DNA from: a virus
Lineage: Duplodnaviria > Heunggongvirae > Uroviricota > Caudoviricetes
IMG/VR virus record: IMGVR_UViG_3300025682_000004
Direction: 5' to 3' (one strand)
DNA: 64,000 bases
The position numbers and the translations under genes are program-made. Under the pieces are notes generated by a model. It saw only the letters and a program-made list of their open reading frames with translations, did no database searches and was not told where the DNA came from. Shown here piece after piece: positions 1 through 9,825 of this stretch; the first letter of the stretch is position 1; each line of letters starts with the position of its first letter.

Positions 1-559
1 TAAAATAAGTAAAATCATCAATATAATTACTCATGAAAACAATTCCAATATATTTATATATATTTTTGTGATAATGTTGAAATTCAATAACATTTGAAGG
101 AATATTGTGTTTTTTTAATAAAAATTGACACAATAAAATTAAATTATTAAATTGTGTTTCAGGTATTTTTTCCCAATAAGAACAACTCAACCATTTTTTT
201 TCTATAACACTATCAAAATCACAAACCTCATTTAATTGATTAATAAATTCACCATTAGGAGATTCAACCAAACCGCCCATATTTTCTAAAACAATGGATA
301 TTATTTCTTTATTGTTTTTTCCATCAATTAAATAATTAGTATAATATTCATCATTATAATGTTGAAAAACGTTACCGTTTCTATCTATAGTAAACGTATT
401 CCACATCTTAGATTTACCCATTTCGTTTTGTTGTAATCTAAGAATGTGGTAATTTTTTTTTCTTAAACTAAAAGAAATGACAATTTGTTTTTTTTCTGTT
501 TTTGTTTTTATATAATTATTTTCATTAATTGAAAATGTTTTATCATCAATATTTAACAT
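1..559 (-). CDS. Amidase_2-like (N-acetylmuramoyl-L-alanine amidase fold) protein, 3'-truncated by the window edge; probably degenerate active site
   Basis: Not in the ORF track. Hand-translated open frame from ATG at 559 to the window edge: MLNIDDKTF...QIVISFSLRK...WNTFTIDRNGNVFQHY...ISIVLENMGGL...YWEKIPETQFNNLILLCQFLLKKHNIP. The pattern resembles phage amidases. Confidence 0.55.
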   Translation of the reverse strand, partial: MLNIDDKTFSINENNYIKTKTEKKQIVISFSLRKKNYHILRLQQNEMGKSKMWNTFTIDRNGNVFQHYNDEYYTNYLIDGKNNKEIISIVLENMGGLVESPNGEFINQLNEVCDFDSVIEKKWLSCSYWEKIPETQFNNLILLCQFLLKKHNIPSNVIEFQHYHKNIYKYIGIVFMSNYIDDFTYF

Positions 560-565
560 AGAAAA

Positions 566-742
566 TTATAATTTCCAATATGGATTTTTTTTTAATTTTT
601 TTGCATCTTCAATAAGAATTTTCAAATCTTCATTATTATAAAATTCTTCAGGTTCAAAATTACCCAAATTATCCACAATAGTTAAAGACTTTTTTAATAA
701 ATTTGCTTTTATTCTTAATATTTTTTTTTCGTTTTTATTCAT
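566..742 (-). CDS. Small hypothetical protein (58 aa)
   Basis: Hand-translated ORF MNKNEKKILRIKANLL...NPYWKL*, tightly packed between neighbouring minus-strand genes; too short to appear in the ORF track. Confidence 0.6.
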   Translation of the reverse strand: MNKNEKKILRIKANLLKKSLTIVDNLGNFEPEEFYNNEDLKILIEDAKKLKKNPYWKL

Positions 743-743
743 T

Positions 744-1847
744 TTATTTCATGTTTTCAAGAATTCTAAACGCACTATCATAATTTTCAATTAATAACAT
801 TGCATCATTATATGCCATACCAATATATCTTCTTTTACCAGAAGTAACAAAAACACCTAATTTATCCATTTCTTGCAAAAAATCATCAACCATTTTATTT
901 GAATTTTGAATATTGGTTCTTTCACTAATAATTGATTTTAATTCTAAACCAGGAATTACTTTATCACCAACATTCAACTTACCTTCATTATAAATGAACA
1001 TTAATAAAGAACGATATCTATCTCTTTTTGTATATATTTTTTCAAAATAATCTTTATTTAAAAGATAAAGATTATATTCAAAATATTCTCTAAAATAAAC
1101 ACCACCAATTATTATCAATTCATTAAACACAACAATTATTATAAATAAAAATATGATTTTAGAATCTTCTTTTTGAATATCATTTAATTTTATAGAAAAT
1201 TTATCGTTTTCTATATTAATTGCCTTTTCTTTTTCTTGTTTTAATTTATCAATCCTGTTTGCAATTTCTGTTGATTTTTCAGTAAAAGCATCCCTTTTAT
1301 TACTATAAACAGTTTCACGTGCATCATTAATATAATTACTATATTCTATAGTAAGATTTTCTAAAATAGGGTCATATCTTCTATTAATTGAATCTAATTT
1401 ATTAGATAATTCTTTATTGACAACAATGTTACTGAAATGATTTGTATCTGCCAAATTTTTAGAACCAGATATAGAAAGATAAAAACTTAAAACAACAACT
1501 GATACTAAAACAATAAACCATGTTATTATATTAAATTTAATTTTATTTGCATTTATAATAAAATCATGGGAAAAATTTCTAACAATATATCTTTTTATAA
1601 TTTCAAACATTGTTAAAAAAATCACAGTAAATAAAAATGATAATATATTATTCCAAATACCATCAATTAAATTCACTTTAATTGCTTTTTGTAACGATGG
1701 ATATACTAAAAAATAAGCAAAAAATATTGAACCAATATTTCCAAAAAAAGAAAATCTATATAACCATTTATCTAATGATTTATTTTTACCCTCAAAATCC
1801 TTTTTGTTTATTTTATTTCTTAATGTATCATATTTTTTTATATCCAT
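744..1847 (-). CDS. Hypothetical multi-pass membrane protein with coiled-coil region
   Basis: About four hydrophobic helices flank a charged heptad-like segment; upstream CTATTTAT motif at 1863-1870. Confidence 0.7.
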   Translation of the reverse strand: MDIKKYDTLRNKINKKDFEGKNKSLDKWLYRFSFFGNIGSIFFAYFLVYPSLQKAIKVNLIDGIWNNILSFLFTVIFLTMFEIIKRYIVRNFSHDFIINANKIKFNIITWFIVLVSVVVLSFYLSISGSKNLADTNHFSNIVVNKELSNKLDSINRRYDPILENLTIEYSNYINDARETVYSNKRDAFTEKSTEIANRIDKLKQEKEKAINIENDKFSIKLNDIQKEDSKIIFLFIIIVVFNELIIIGGVYFREYFEYNLYLLNKDYFEKIYTKRDRYRSLLMFIYNEGKLNVGDKVIPGLELKSIISERTNIQNSNKMVDDFLQEMDKLGVFVTSGKRRYIGMAYNDAMLLIENYDSAFRILENMK

Positions 1848-1887
1848 ATTATTAGTTTTACAATAAATAGTTTATGTTTTACTATTT

Positions 1888-4800
1888 TTATGTGATTTTT
1901 AATGACGAAATACCGTTATCGTCAGCAATTACGTCAATAATATAATCGGGTTCAATATTAACTTTATGTTCAATGATTAAGACCCTTTTCGTGTAATTTT
2001 TTATTAATTGTAATATTTCTATAAATTCTTCAACACTATCTTCATCTAATTTACCCATAACTTCGTCTAATAAAAATATGTCGGGTTTTGACTTAATATT
2101 AATTTGATTTAAAGCAAATTTTAAAACAATACTTGCAAACGTTCTTTCCTTTCCACTCGCACTAATTGTATCAATTATTGCTGTTGGTCTTGAATTATAT
2201 GCCAATTTTGGTTTTAAATCATTTTCATCTAGCCAAACTTTAAATGGTGATACTGATAGTATATTTTCAATAGTTTTATTAATTTTTGGTATTAAATAAT
2301 TAACCAATAATTGTTTTGGTATACCATCCCTATGTACACAATTTTTATATAAACCCATCACTTTATCACGATATTCTTGTTTTTCAAAATTAGAAATTAA
2401 TTCTTTATTATTTTTAATTTGAATTTCTTTATCTCTAATAAAATTTTTAATAATAAAAATATTTTCTTTGATTTTATTTTCTTCGATTTCAAAATTTTGT
2501 AATTTTTCTTTACTTAAAATAATATTTCTTTCCGTTTTTTTGTTTTCTTCAATTTGAAGTAAAGAATTTTCATATTCAACAATTTTTTGTTTTAAAATTG
2601 CAATTTTTAGTTCTTCGTTTTGTATCAAAAGTGGAATACTATCAAGTTCTTTTTTTATTTCATTATATTTTTCGACATCATTTTTATCGTTCGTTAGTTT
2701 ACCAATTTCAACTAAAACAAATTCCATGTCAATAGAATTTTTAGTGATTATATTTTTTATATTTATTACCTCATTTTTTAAAACTTCAATTTCATTTAGA
2801 ATATTATTTTTTTCTTCAGTTTCAATTATTTTTATTTTTTTTGCAATATTAAACATCTCATTTTCTTTCAACTGAACCAAATTTTTTATTTTTTCTAAAT
2901 GTTCTGGTTTATTTATTGGTTGACCACATAAACTACATATTTTACTTTTTTTCAAATCAGTAATTTCTGTTTTTAAATTAGAACCATCATTTTTTAATCT
3001 AAAAATATTTCCATTCAATATTTCAATATCATGTTCTTTTTCACGTATTTTATATTCAATGTCTTTAATTTTAAATTTATTTTCGTTTTCTTTTTGTTTA
3101 TGTTCATCTCTTTTTAAAATTAAAGATTCTAATTTTTTTTCATCATATGTTTTTATTAATAATTTTGCATTATCATTTAACAATTTTTCACGTTTTTTTA
3201 TTTCTAAGATATTATCTTCCCCATTTTTTATTTCATAATTAACATCTTCAATATTAAGATTATATATTTCTGAATTGATTCTATATAATTTTTTTGTTTG
3301 TTCTTCAATATACTTTTTTCCATTACTAATTCTATTTTGAATATTTGGTAGTTCAATAGTTTCAACGGCATTTAGTTTATTATTTAATTCATCAATTTCT
3401 CCACCCAATATTCTATTTTGTTCTTCAACAGATTCAACATTACAGTTTATCCTACCTTTTTCATTGATTCTCTTTTGATACAATTTAAAAACGTCTAATT
3501 TTTTATCAAAAATATCTAAACCAGCATCAAATAAAATAGAATCAATAAACACCGCCATATCATTTGATAATATTCTATTAAGTGTATCTGATGTGGTCAT
3601 AACAATACGAATAAAATTATCATAATTACCAAGAATTGATTCAATCTTTTTTTGTGTTTTTAATCTATTATCATCATCTAATTTATCAATAATATTTTCA
3701 TCATTCATATCATCATCTGGTGTAGAAAGTAAATAATAGTTTAATGTTGTTGAAACATTAATTATTTCACCTGATTTATTTTTATTAATTTCAGTTTTCC
3801 TTTTTAAACCATAATATTCACCGTTTACATCAATAACCATATAACCACTACATGAAGTAGCATCGTTTCTATTATTAACATATCTAATATCACCAAATTT
3901 CTTTTTTGTTTCAGTTTCTAATGTTTTATTATATAAAATATATGATATTAATTTCATTATTGTTGTTTTACCATGAGTATTCATTCCTGTAATTTGATAA
4001 AGACCATTCATATCTTTCCAATCAACATCCAATTTATCGTATGACATAAAATTAATACCACCAAATTTCACAATATCCCAACTAATGTGATTGTTTTCGG
4101 TTGTTTTTATTTCATTACTTATTTCATTATCGAGATTAATCACATCATTAATTGTTTTATCATCCACACCAATCTTTTTTAAATATTCTTTAAATATATT
4201 TTGTTGAATTTCAATATTATTAATATCATTTAATTCAACATCATTATTTACATCAATTTTATCTTCTTCAAGAAATTGATTTTTATGGGAAATGTTTATA
4301 ATTTGACTATCAGAATATTTTGTTTTAATAAAATTGATTAATTTTCTTTCATTTTCTTTTGTTCTTGCTTGAGGTAATGTTAACCACAAAAATCTAATTT
4401 TCATGAAATTAGTATGATTTTCAATTTCAAAATCTAAATCATCAAAATCAGTAAATGGTGTTATTTTAATATTTTTAAATGAAAATTCATTTTCAATTGG
4501 AATTTCTTTATGTGTTTTATTTATAATATCCCATAAAATATAACCATGAAAATTATCATCACCTTCACTAAAATCTTGTGCAATTAATGAACCAGAATAT
4601 GCTTTTGTGTTATTTTTATCAAGAAATTGCATTTTATGTATATCACCAAAAAAAGAAAAATCCCCTTTAAAATCCTTAATTCCAAAAAAAGAATTGCTTT
4701 TTAATTCAAATCCTGTTGTTGATTTAGAACCTGTTATGGGGTCATGAAATAAATCAATGTATATTTTATTAGAATCCCTATTCTTTAAAATATTTTTCCC

Positions 4801-5232
4801 TTCTTTAAGTAACCAAGGATTGTTTTTTAATTCACCATGATGCCAAACACACCAAATAACATTTTCATCTTCATAAAAACCAGTTTTATTATAATAAATA
4901 ATTTTATTATTATCAAGTGTTTTTACAATTGCTTCTATTGAATCAACTCGTTTTAAATTTTTTTTACGACAATCATGATTACCTCTTACAATTCTAACGG
5001 GTGCTATTTCTGATAATTTTTTTAAAAATTTATTTGTCAATATTAATTGTTCACCCTGTAAGTCAAGATAATCATGTACTAAATCACCAACAATAACTAT
5101 TCTATCTGGTTTTTCTATATTTAATGATGAAATTAAAGAATTAAAAACATTTTCATATTCTTCGTTTCTAGTTGGAATTTTACGAATGTGAATGTCTGCC
5201 AAATGACAAATTTTAGAAATTTTATTATTCAT
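1888..5232 (-). CDS. Fused Mre11/SbcD nuclease - Rad50/SbcC ATPase
   Basis: N-terminal metallophosphoesterase motifs DIH, GDLVH, GNHD, GDIH. Walker A GMNTHGKT, coiled coil with Zn-hook CSLC, signature-like SASGKE, Walker B LLDE, H-loop IIEH. Confidence 0.92.
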   Translation of the reverse strand: MNNKISKICHLADIHIRKIPTRNEEYENVFNSLISSLNIEKPDRIVIVGDLVHDYLDLQGEQLILTNKFLKKLSEIAPVRIVRGNHDCRKKNLKRVDSIEAIVKTLDNNKIIYYNKTGFYEDENVIWCVWHHGELKNNPWLLKEGKNILKNRDSNKIYIDLFHDPITGSKSTTGFELKSNSFFGIKDFKGDFSFFGDIHKMQFLDKNNTKAYSGSLIAQDFSEGDDNFHGYILWDIINKTHKEIPIENEFSFKNIKITPFTDFDDLDFEIENHTNFMKIRFLWLTLPQARTKENERKLINFIKTKYSDSQIINISHKNQFLEEDKIDVNNDVELNDINNIEIQQNIFKEYLKKIGVDDKTINDVINLDNEISNEIKTTENNHISWDIVKFGGINFMSYDKLDVDWKDMNGLYQITGMNTHGKTTIMKLISYILYNKTLETETKKKFGDIRYVNNRNDATSCSGYMVIDVNGEYYGLKRKTEINKNKSGEIINVSTTLNYYLLSTPDDDMNDENIIDKLDDDNRLKTQKKIESILGNYDNFIRIVMTTSDTLNRILSNDMAVFIDSILFDAGLDIFDKKLDVFKLYQKRINEKGRINCNVESVEEQNRILGGEIDELNNKLNAVETIELPNIQNRISNGKKYIEEQTKKLYRINSEIYNLNIEDVNYEIKNGEDNILEIKKREKLLNDNAKLLIKTYDEKKLESLILKRDEHKQKENENKFKIKDIEYKIREKEHDIEILNGNIFRLKNDGSNLKTEITDLKKSKICSLCGQPINKPEHLEKIKNLVQLKENEMFNIAKKIKIIETEEKNNILNEIEVLKNEVINIKNIITKNSIDMEFVLVEIGKLTNDKNDVEKYNEIKKELDSIPLLIQNEELKIAILKQKIVEYENSLLQIEENKKTERNIILSKEKLQNFEIEENKIKENIFIIKNFIRDKEIQIKNNKELISNFEKQEYRDKVMGLYKNCVHRDGIPKQLLVNYLIPKINKTIENILSVSPFKVWLDENDLKPKLAYNSRPTAIIDTISASGKERTFASIVLKFALNQINIKSKPDIFLLDEVMGKLDEDSVEEFIEILQLIKNYTKRVLIIEHKVNIEPDYIIDVIADDNGISSLKIT

Positions 5233-5254
5233 AGTTAAAGAATTTTAATTTTTA

Positions 5255-5284
5255 CAAAAATAAAAAATTTTTTTTGATTTCAAA
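5255..5284 (-). promoter_or_regulatory. Bacteroidota-type primary-sigma promoter for the Mre11-Rad50 gene
   Basis: Minus strand reads TTTG-N18-TATTTTTG (TAnnTTTG -7 element at 5255-5262). Confidence 0.55.
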
Positions 5285-5418
5285 AAAATAATTAATTCTT
5301 GTCAAAATGGCACATTAAAATATAATTAACTGTAATTTTGTCACTTATGAATTATTGGTATTCTATTTGAAAGTTTGTATTTTTACAAAAAAATAACATT
5401 TATTAAAAATTTATAACT

Positions 5419-5841
5419 ATGATGATAAGAAAACGAAATTGTAATCAAATTAAACCATTTAATTCATTATTCTTTGATTTTTTTGATGATATTTTATTTA
5501 TGCCAATTAATGAAACTGAAAAATCACCAAATTATGATATTATCGAAAATGATAATAATTATGTTATTAACGTATCATTACCAGGTGTAAAAAAAGAAAA
5601 CATTTTAATTGATGTTGAAAATAATAATTTAATATTAACAGCAGAACGTAATGAAAACAACGATTTGAAATATAATTATAAAAGAACTTTTTTTGGTAAA
5701 TACGAAGAAATTTTTACACTTTCAAAAGATGTTGATAAAGATAATATTACCGCATCATTATCAGATGGTATTTTAATAATTACAATACCTAAAAAGGATT
5801 TTGAAAAAGAAAACAATAAAAAAAGAATTGAAATTAAATAA
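5419..5841 (+). CDS. hsp20: Small heat shock protein (Hsp20/alpha-crystallin family)
   Basis: Typical sHSP motifs: YVINVSLPGVKKENILIDVENNNLILTAER, FTLSKDVDKDNITASLSDGILIITIPK. Confidence 0.95.
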   Translation: MMIRKRNCNQIKPFNSLFFDFFDDILFMPINETEKSPNYDIIENDNNYVINVSLPGVKKENILIDVENNNLILTAERNENNDLKYNYKRTFFGKYEEIFTLSKDVDKDNITASLSDGILIITIPKKDFEKENNKKRIEIK

Positions 5842-5842
5842 T

Positions 5843-5866
5843 AAAGGGATGATTAATCGTCCCTTT
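5843..5866. terminator. Bidirectional hairpin terminator between convergent hsp20 and sigma genes
   Basis: AAAGGGATGATTAATCGTCCCTTT inverted repeat with A/T-rich flanks. Confidence 0.75.
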
Positions 5867-5868
5867 AT

Positions 5869-6468
5869 TTATTCATTAATAATACAATTTTTTATTTTTG
5901 TTTTTATATAATTAACCCTGTTACTTATAGTATTACTACTCATATTAAATTCTTTACCAATTTCACAATACGAATAACCCAACACATATTTCATTTCAAA
6001 AAATTTAGAATCTTGACATGAAACATCACTAAAAATATTATTAATTGTATTTGTTGTTTCAAAGCAAATTAAATTAGAATCATTATATTTCTCAAAATCA
6101 GTATAGTTTGAAGAATAATTATAAATTGTATCTAAACTTATTGTTACATTTTTATTATTTAATGAATATCTCCATTTATCAATAACGTAATTATTGGCAA
6201 TACTAATAACCCAAGAACTAAATTTAGATTTATTAAAATCGTAACTATGTAAATTACAAAAAACACGCATTAAAATTTCAGAAACATCATCTTCAATATC
6301 AAATTCTGAATAAAAATTTTCTTTATTTTTTTTTCTTAAATAATTTTTTAAAAATGTTTTATATTTACAATATAAATTATTTTCAGATTTTTTATCACCA
6401 TTTTTTATATTTTGAATCAATTCTATATCTTCCATTAAAATTTTTTTTAAGAACAAATTGGTCATCAA
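5869..6468 (-). CDS. ECF-type (sigma-70 group 4) RNA polymerase sigma factor; true start probably MEDIE near 6435
   Basis: Region 2 (DIEDDVSEILMRVF...SKFSSWVISIANNYVIDKWR) and region 4 HTH (GYSYCEIGKEFNMSSNTISNRVNY). Confidence 0.88.
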   Translation of the reverse strand: MMTNLFLKKILMEDIELIQNIKNGDKKSENNLYCKYKTFLKNYLRKKNKENFYSEFDIEDDVSEILMRVFCNLHSYDFNKSKFSSWVISIANNYVIDKWRYSLNNKNVTISLDTIYNYSSNYTDFEKYNDSNLICFETTNTINNIFSDVSCQDSKFFEMKYVLGYSYCEIGKEFNMSSNTISNRVNYIKTKIKNCIINE

Positions 6469-7462
6469 TTGTTAAATTTCTAGCACTATATAATAAATCA
6501 ACAATTTTATTCGAACCATTATTTTTACGATATTCATCAATATCTTCATTTGTTGGTAATTTTAATATTTTTATTTTATCTTCACATCCCACATAAATAT
6601 TGTATAATGAATAATATAATTTCATTGTATTTTCATATGCATCTAAGTCTAACAATAATATAATATTTGGTTTATATTTTTTTAGTGTTAAAAACAATTT
6701 TGTTGAAATTTTTTTACCTAAAATTGGTATAGTATTAATTGGTATACTTAACATATCAAAAACACCTTCAACTAAATAAACAGTAGAATCCCAATTAATA
6801 TATCCTTCATTAAAAATAATGTTATCTTTATTAATTTTTGGATTTAAATATGAGATAATTTTCTTTTTTTTATCATTATCATAATTTCTTGCAATAAAAT
6901 AATTAACACCACCTTCTTTATTAAAAGAAGGAACAATTATTCTTTTTCTATATTTACCTTCTAAACAAAAACCAATTCTATATTTTAAAATTAAATCCCT
7001 ACTAATTTTTCTTTCATTCACCATATAATTATATGCTTCAAAATGTTCAAGATTAATAGGATTCATTTGTGAAAAATAAATCATTTCTTCTGGTAATTTT
7101 AATTCAAATTCTTCATCATCATTAAAATTATCACTTTCTCTAGTTTGATAAGAATATCCATATGATTTATATTCCTCATAATCAATTTTCGTACCATATA
7201 ATTTAATTAATCTACCTAATGAGCCAGAAAAGTTAGGATTATCACATTTCCAACACTTAAAAACACGTTTGGCAGTATTAATTTCAAGATTATATTTACC
7301 ATCAGGATATGGTAAACCTTCATATTCTTGACACCTTGGACAACATACTTGTAACTGTTCAGATTCTAAATATCCTTTGACATCCTTAAAAATTCTATTA
7401 AGGATTGGATGTATTTCATATCCTTGTATAGTTACCATATGACACAAAAATAAAAAAAACAT
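6395..7462 (-). CDS. DNA primase (Zn finger + TOPRIM); true start probably ATG at 7438
   Basis: CCPRC...CWKC Zn finger, RIIVP..N.EG..NYFIAR, YLNP, TOPRIM LVEGVFD and LLLDLDA. Confidence 0.9.
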   Translation of the reverse strand: MFFLFLCHMVTIQGYEIHPILNRIFKDVKGYLESEQLQVCCPRCQEYEGLPYPDGKYNLEINTAKRVFKCWKCDNPNFSGSLGRLIKLYGTKIDYEEYKSYGYSYQTRESDNFNDDEEFELKLPEEMIYFSQMNPINLEHFEAYNYMVNERKISRDLILKYRIGFCLEGKYRKRIIVPSFNKEGGVNYFIARNYDNDKKKKIISYLNPKINKDNIIFNEGYINWDSTVYLVEGVFDMLSIPINTIPILGKKISTKLFLTLKKYKPNIILLLDLDAYENTMKLYYSLYNIYVGCEDKIKILKLPTNEDIDEYRKNNGSNKIVDLLYSARNLTIDDQFVLKKNFNGRYRIDSKYKKW

Positions 7463-7513
7463 TCTATAAAAAAAATTTTTAGAATGTTTTTTTGTTTATT
7501 TAATATATCCAAA

Positions 7514-8041
7514 TTAATATTTTTTGAAATCAATTAAAAAGGGAAAAAAGGTTATTAATCTATTTAAAAACCCTGGGCAATATATCCTAAAATTACCAAT
7601 ACCTGTATTTGGGTCAACACCCAAATTAATATGATTTGTTTGTATTTCATTGAATAATTCAATTACTTTACTTTTAATTAAATTATCATTATTATTTTCC
7701 GAATTTTTATATTTCTGAAATTCTTCATAAAGTTTTGAATAATCTTCCTTTATTTTTTCATTTTCGGCTAATAATTGTGATATTTGTTCTTCTAACCATT
7801 CAATACCCATTTTTTTATCATCATCAATTATTAACAAATCATCATCTTTTTTTTCTATAGAAAGTGGTATATCTTGTAATAATTCTTCAACCTTTTTTTT
7901 AGCCTTTAGTTCACGTTCTCTATGGGTTGATTTTTTTACAACACTTTTATTTGATGGTGTGTTTTTAGAAAAAACATTTTTTTTCATAGTTGTTGTTTTT
8001 TCATTAGCCAATTTCAATAATTTATTATCCGATTTTGCCAT
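7514..8041 (-). CDS. Hypothetical coiled-coil protein
   Basis: 175-aa ORF in operon context with a charged helical sequence. Confidence 0.7.
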   Translation of the reverse strand: MAKSDNKLLKLANEKTTTMKKNVFSKNTPSNKSVVKKSTHRERELKAKKKVEELLQDIPLSIEKKDDDLLIIDDDKKMGIEWLEEQISQLLAENEKIKEDYSKLYEEFQKYKNSENNNDNLIKSKVIELFNEIQTNHINLGVDPNTGIGNFRIYCPGFLNRLITFFPFLIDFKKY

Positions 8042-8044
8042 AAC

Positions 8045-9463
8045 TTATTTATTATCAATATTTACATTTAAATGTGCAATTAATCCATTTTCATCATTCC
8101 AAATGAAACCATCTGCACCTTTTATTTGACCAATATATCCCTTTTTGTGTAACCATTCATCTGTTCCTGTTAAACTGGATAAATATCTAATTGTAACACC
8201 TAATTCTTCATTTAAATTATTATTCTTATTAATTTCATATTTAATAGTTTTTTTTCTATGTTGATGCCCAATATGCCATTCATGATACTTTGTTTCACTC
8301 CACATTTGTTTAGATGGAATATCACTAGCCATAATCAAAGGTAAACTACTTTCTTTTTCTTCACTACCATGAGTAAAACCTAACAATACATTACCAAACT
8401 TATAATATTTTCTTGGTGATGCATGTGTATCAACAGTAACTTGTGTATCATTATTAAACCAAGCACTAATAAATTTACCTAAATAAAAACTTCTCTCATA
8501 ATCATGATTCCCTGGTATAACCAACACATCAACAGGTACACCCGTTTGTTTTAAAAAATTAATTGCATCAACAATTAATCTACTACCAATATCAAATGTT
8601 TTTTGCCAACGTAAATCTTCGTCTTGTCTAGTACCTTTTGTTGTAGTATTATATATCGTATCTGAATTAAAAAAATCACTACCAATTGGAAATAATATTC
8701 TTGAATATGAAAAACCAACAGACCTTGCTAATAGTTGTTTAATTGCTCTTAAAAATCTACTTCTTGCAATTTTAGTGTCATAATTTTCAAACGTTTCACC
8801 ACCCCATGCCAATTTACCAATATGTAAATCAAAAATTGAAATTTCTAATAAATTATTTTCTTTAAAATCTTTATTAATATTATTAATTTCTAATATTGGT
8901 GGTTCATAATTTTTTATCATATCAATAAACAATTCACCAATTTTTCTTTCGTGAAAAATTTTATTGTTCCTTATTAAATTTGCTTTAACTTGCCAATTTT
9001 GAATTGTTTCTGGTTTTTTTTGTTTCCAACTAGTAACATCCCATTTGTTAATTGTATAATTATTTACTTTCCATAATTCCAAATCAACATTTGCTTCCTT
9101 AAGTAAATCATCCAATGTTTTTATGGTTTTTGTCGTTTTTATTTTACCATTCCATTCAATAATACTTAAATTATTATCATCAGAATATTTAACATCGATT
9201 TCCTCTTTTGAATCTTCTTTTATTTCTTCATTTTCAGTAAAAAAAGTTGATTGTTTAATATAATTCAAATAGGCACTATTAAACAAATTAAAGGAATCAA
9301 CATCTAATTTATTTTTTTTATGTTTTTTATAAACATCTGATTTTACGTTTTTTACATATGTGCTTGCAAAGCCAAAATCTAATGACGCTTTTCTAAGAGA
9401 AATTTTATTTTCAAGAGCATAATTAATAATTTCAATTGCTTTTTCTATTCTTTCTATTGTCAT
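8045..9463 (-). CDS. Calcineurin-like metallophosphoesterase with N-terminal HTH-like region
   Basis: Motifs DLHIG, GSDFF, GNHD, FTHG, WHIGHQH; N-terminal ISLRKASLDFG resembles an HTH. Confidence 0.8.
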   Translation of the reverse strand: MTIERIEKAIEIINYALENKISLRKASLDFGFASTYVKNVKSDVYKKHKKNKLDVDSFNLFNSAYLNYIKQSTFFTENEEIKEDSKEEIDVKYSDDNNLSIIEWNGKIKTTKTIKTLDDLLKEANVDLELWKVNNYTINKWDVTSWKQKKPETIQNWQVKANLIRNNKIFHERKIGELFIDMIKNYEPPILEINNINKDFKENNLLEISIFDLHIGKLAWGGETFENYDTKIARSRFLRAIKQLLARSVGFSYSRILFPIGSDFFNSDTIYNTTTKGTRQDEDLRWQKTFDIGSRLIVDAINFLKQTGVPVDVLVIPGNHDYERSFYLGKFISAWFNNDTQVTVDTHASPRKYYKFGNVLLGFTHGSEEKESSLPLIMASDIPSKQMWSETKYHEWHIGHQHRKKTIKYEINKNNNLNEELGVTIRYLSSLTGTDEWLHKKGYIGQIKGADGFIWNDENGLIAHLNVNIDNK

Positions 9464-9479
9464 AATATTAAAATTTTTC

Positions 9480-9511
9480 CAAAAATATAAATTATTACAA
9501 CACCATGCAAA
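9480..9511 (-). promoter_or_regulatory. Bacteroidota-type promoter (TTTG-N20-TAnnTTTG)
   Basis: Minus strand TTTG catggtgttgtaataattta TATTTTTG, 16 nt upstream of the ATG at 9463. Confidence 0.7.
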
Positions 9512-9516
9512 TTTTT

Positions 9517-9825
9517 TTAAATGAAATAATTACCAGATTCTTTTAAAATCTTAATATTTTCTTCAATTTTTTTACATTCATCTAAAAAAGATAATTCAAT
9601 ATCTAATGTTAAATTAAACCATTCTCCTTCCATTCTTAAATAAGAATATTTTCGTTGTAATGTTTTTTCTATCAAATTTGCAAATTCTGATTGGTATATT
9701 TCAACCAACTTTAATTTTGAAGAATTTCCTGTTTGTAATTGATTCAATCTTTTATTTGGATGTTTTGATAAACCTATCTTATAAAAACCATCATCTAACG
9801 ATTGAATTAAATAAATATATCTCAT
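9517..9825 (-). CDS. GIY-YIG (T5orf172/MUG113-like) nuclease
   Basis: YIYLI...YKIGLSKHPNKRLNQLQTGN...EKTLQRKY...GEWF pattern. Confidence 0.85.
   Translation of the reverse strand: MRYIYLIQSLDDGFYKIGLSKHPNKRLNQLQTGNSSKLKLVEIYQSEFANLIEKTLQRKYSYLRMEGEWFNLTLDIELSFLDECKKIEENIKILKESGNYFI

Noticed and set aside
9517-9825. GIY-YIG ORF as a mobile homing endonuclease
   Set aside because: It is only 102 aa, lacks a DNA-binding extension, and is translationally coupled to the RuvC-like gene; there is no evidence of an insertion boundary.
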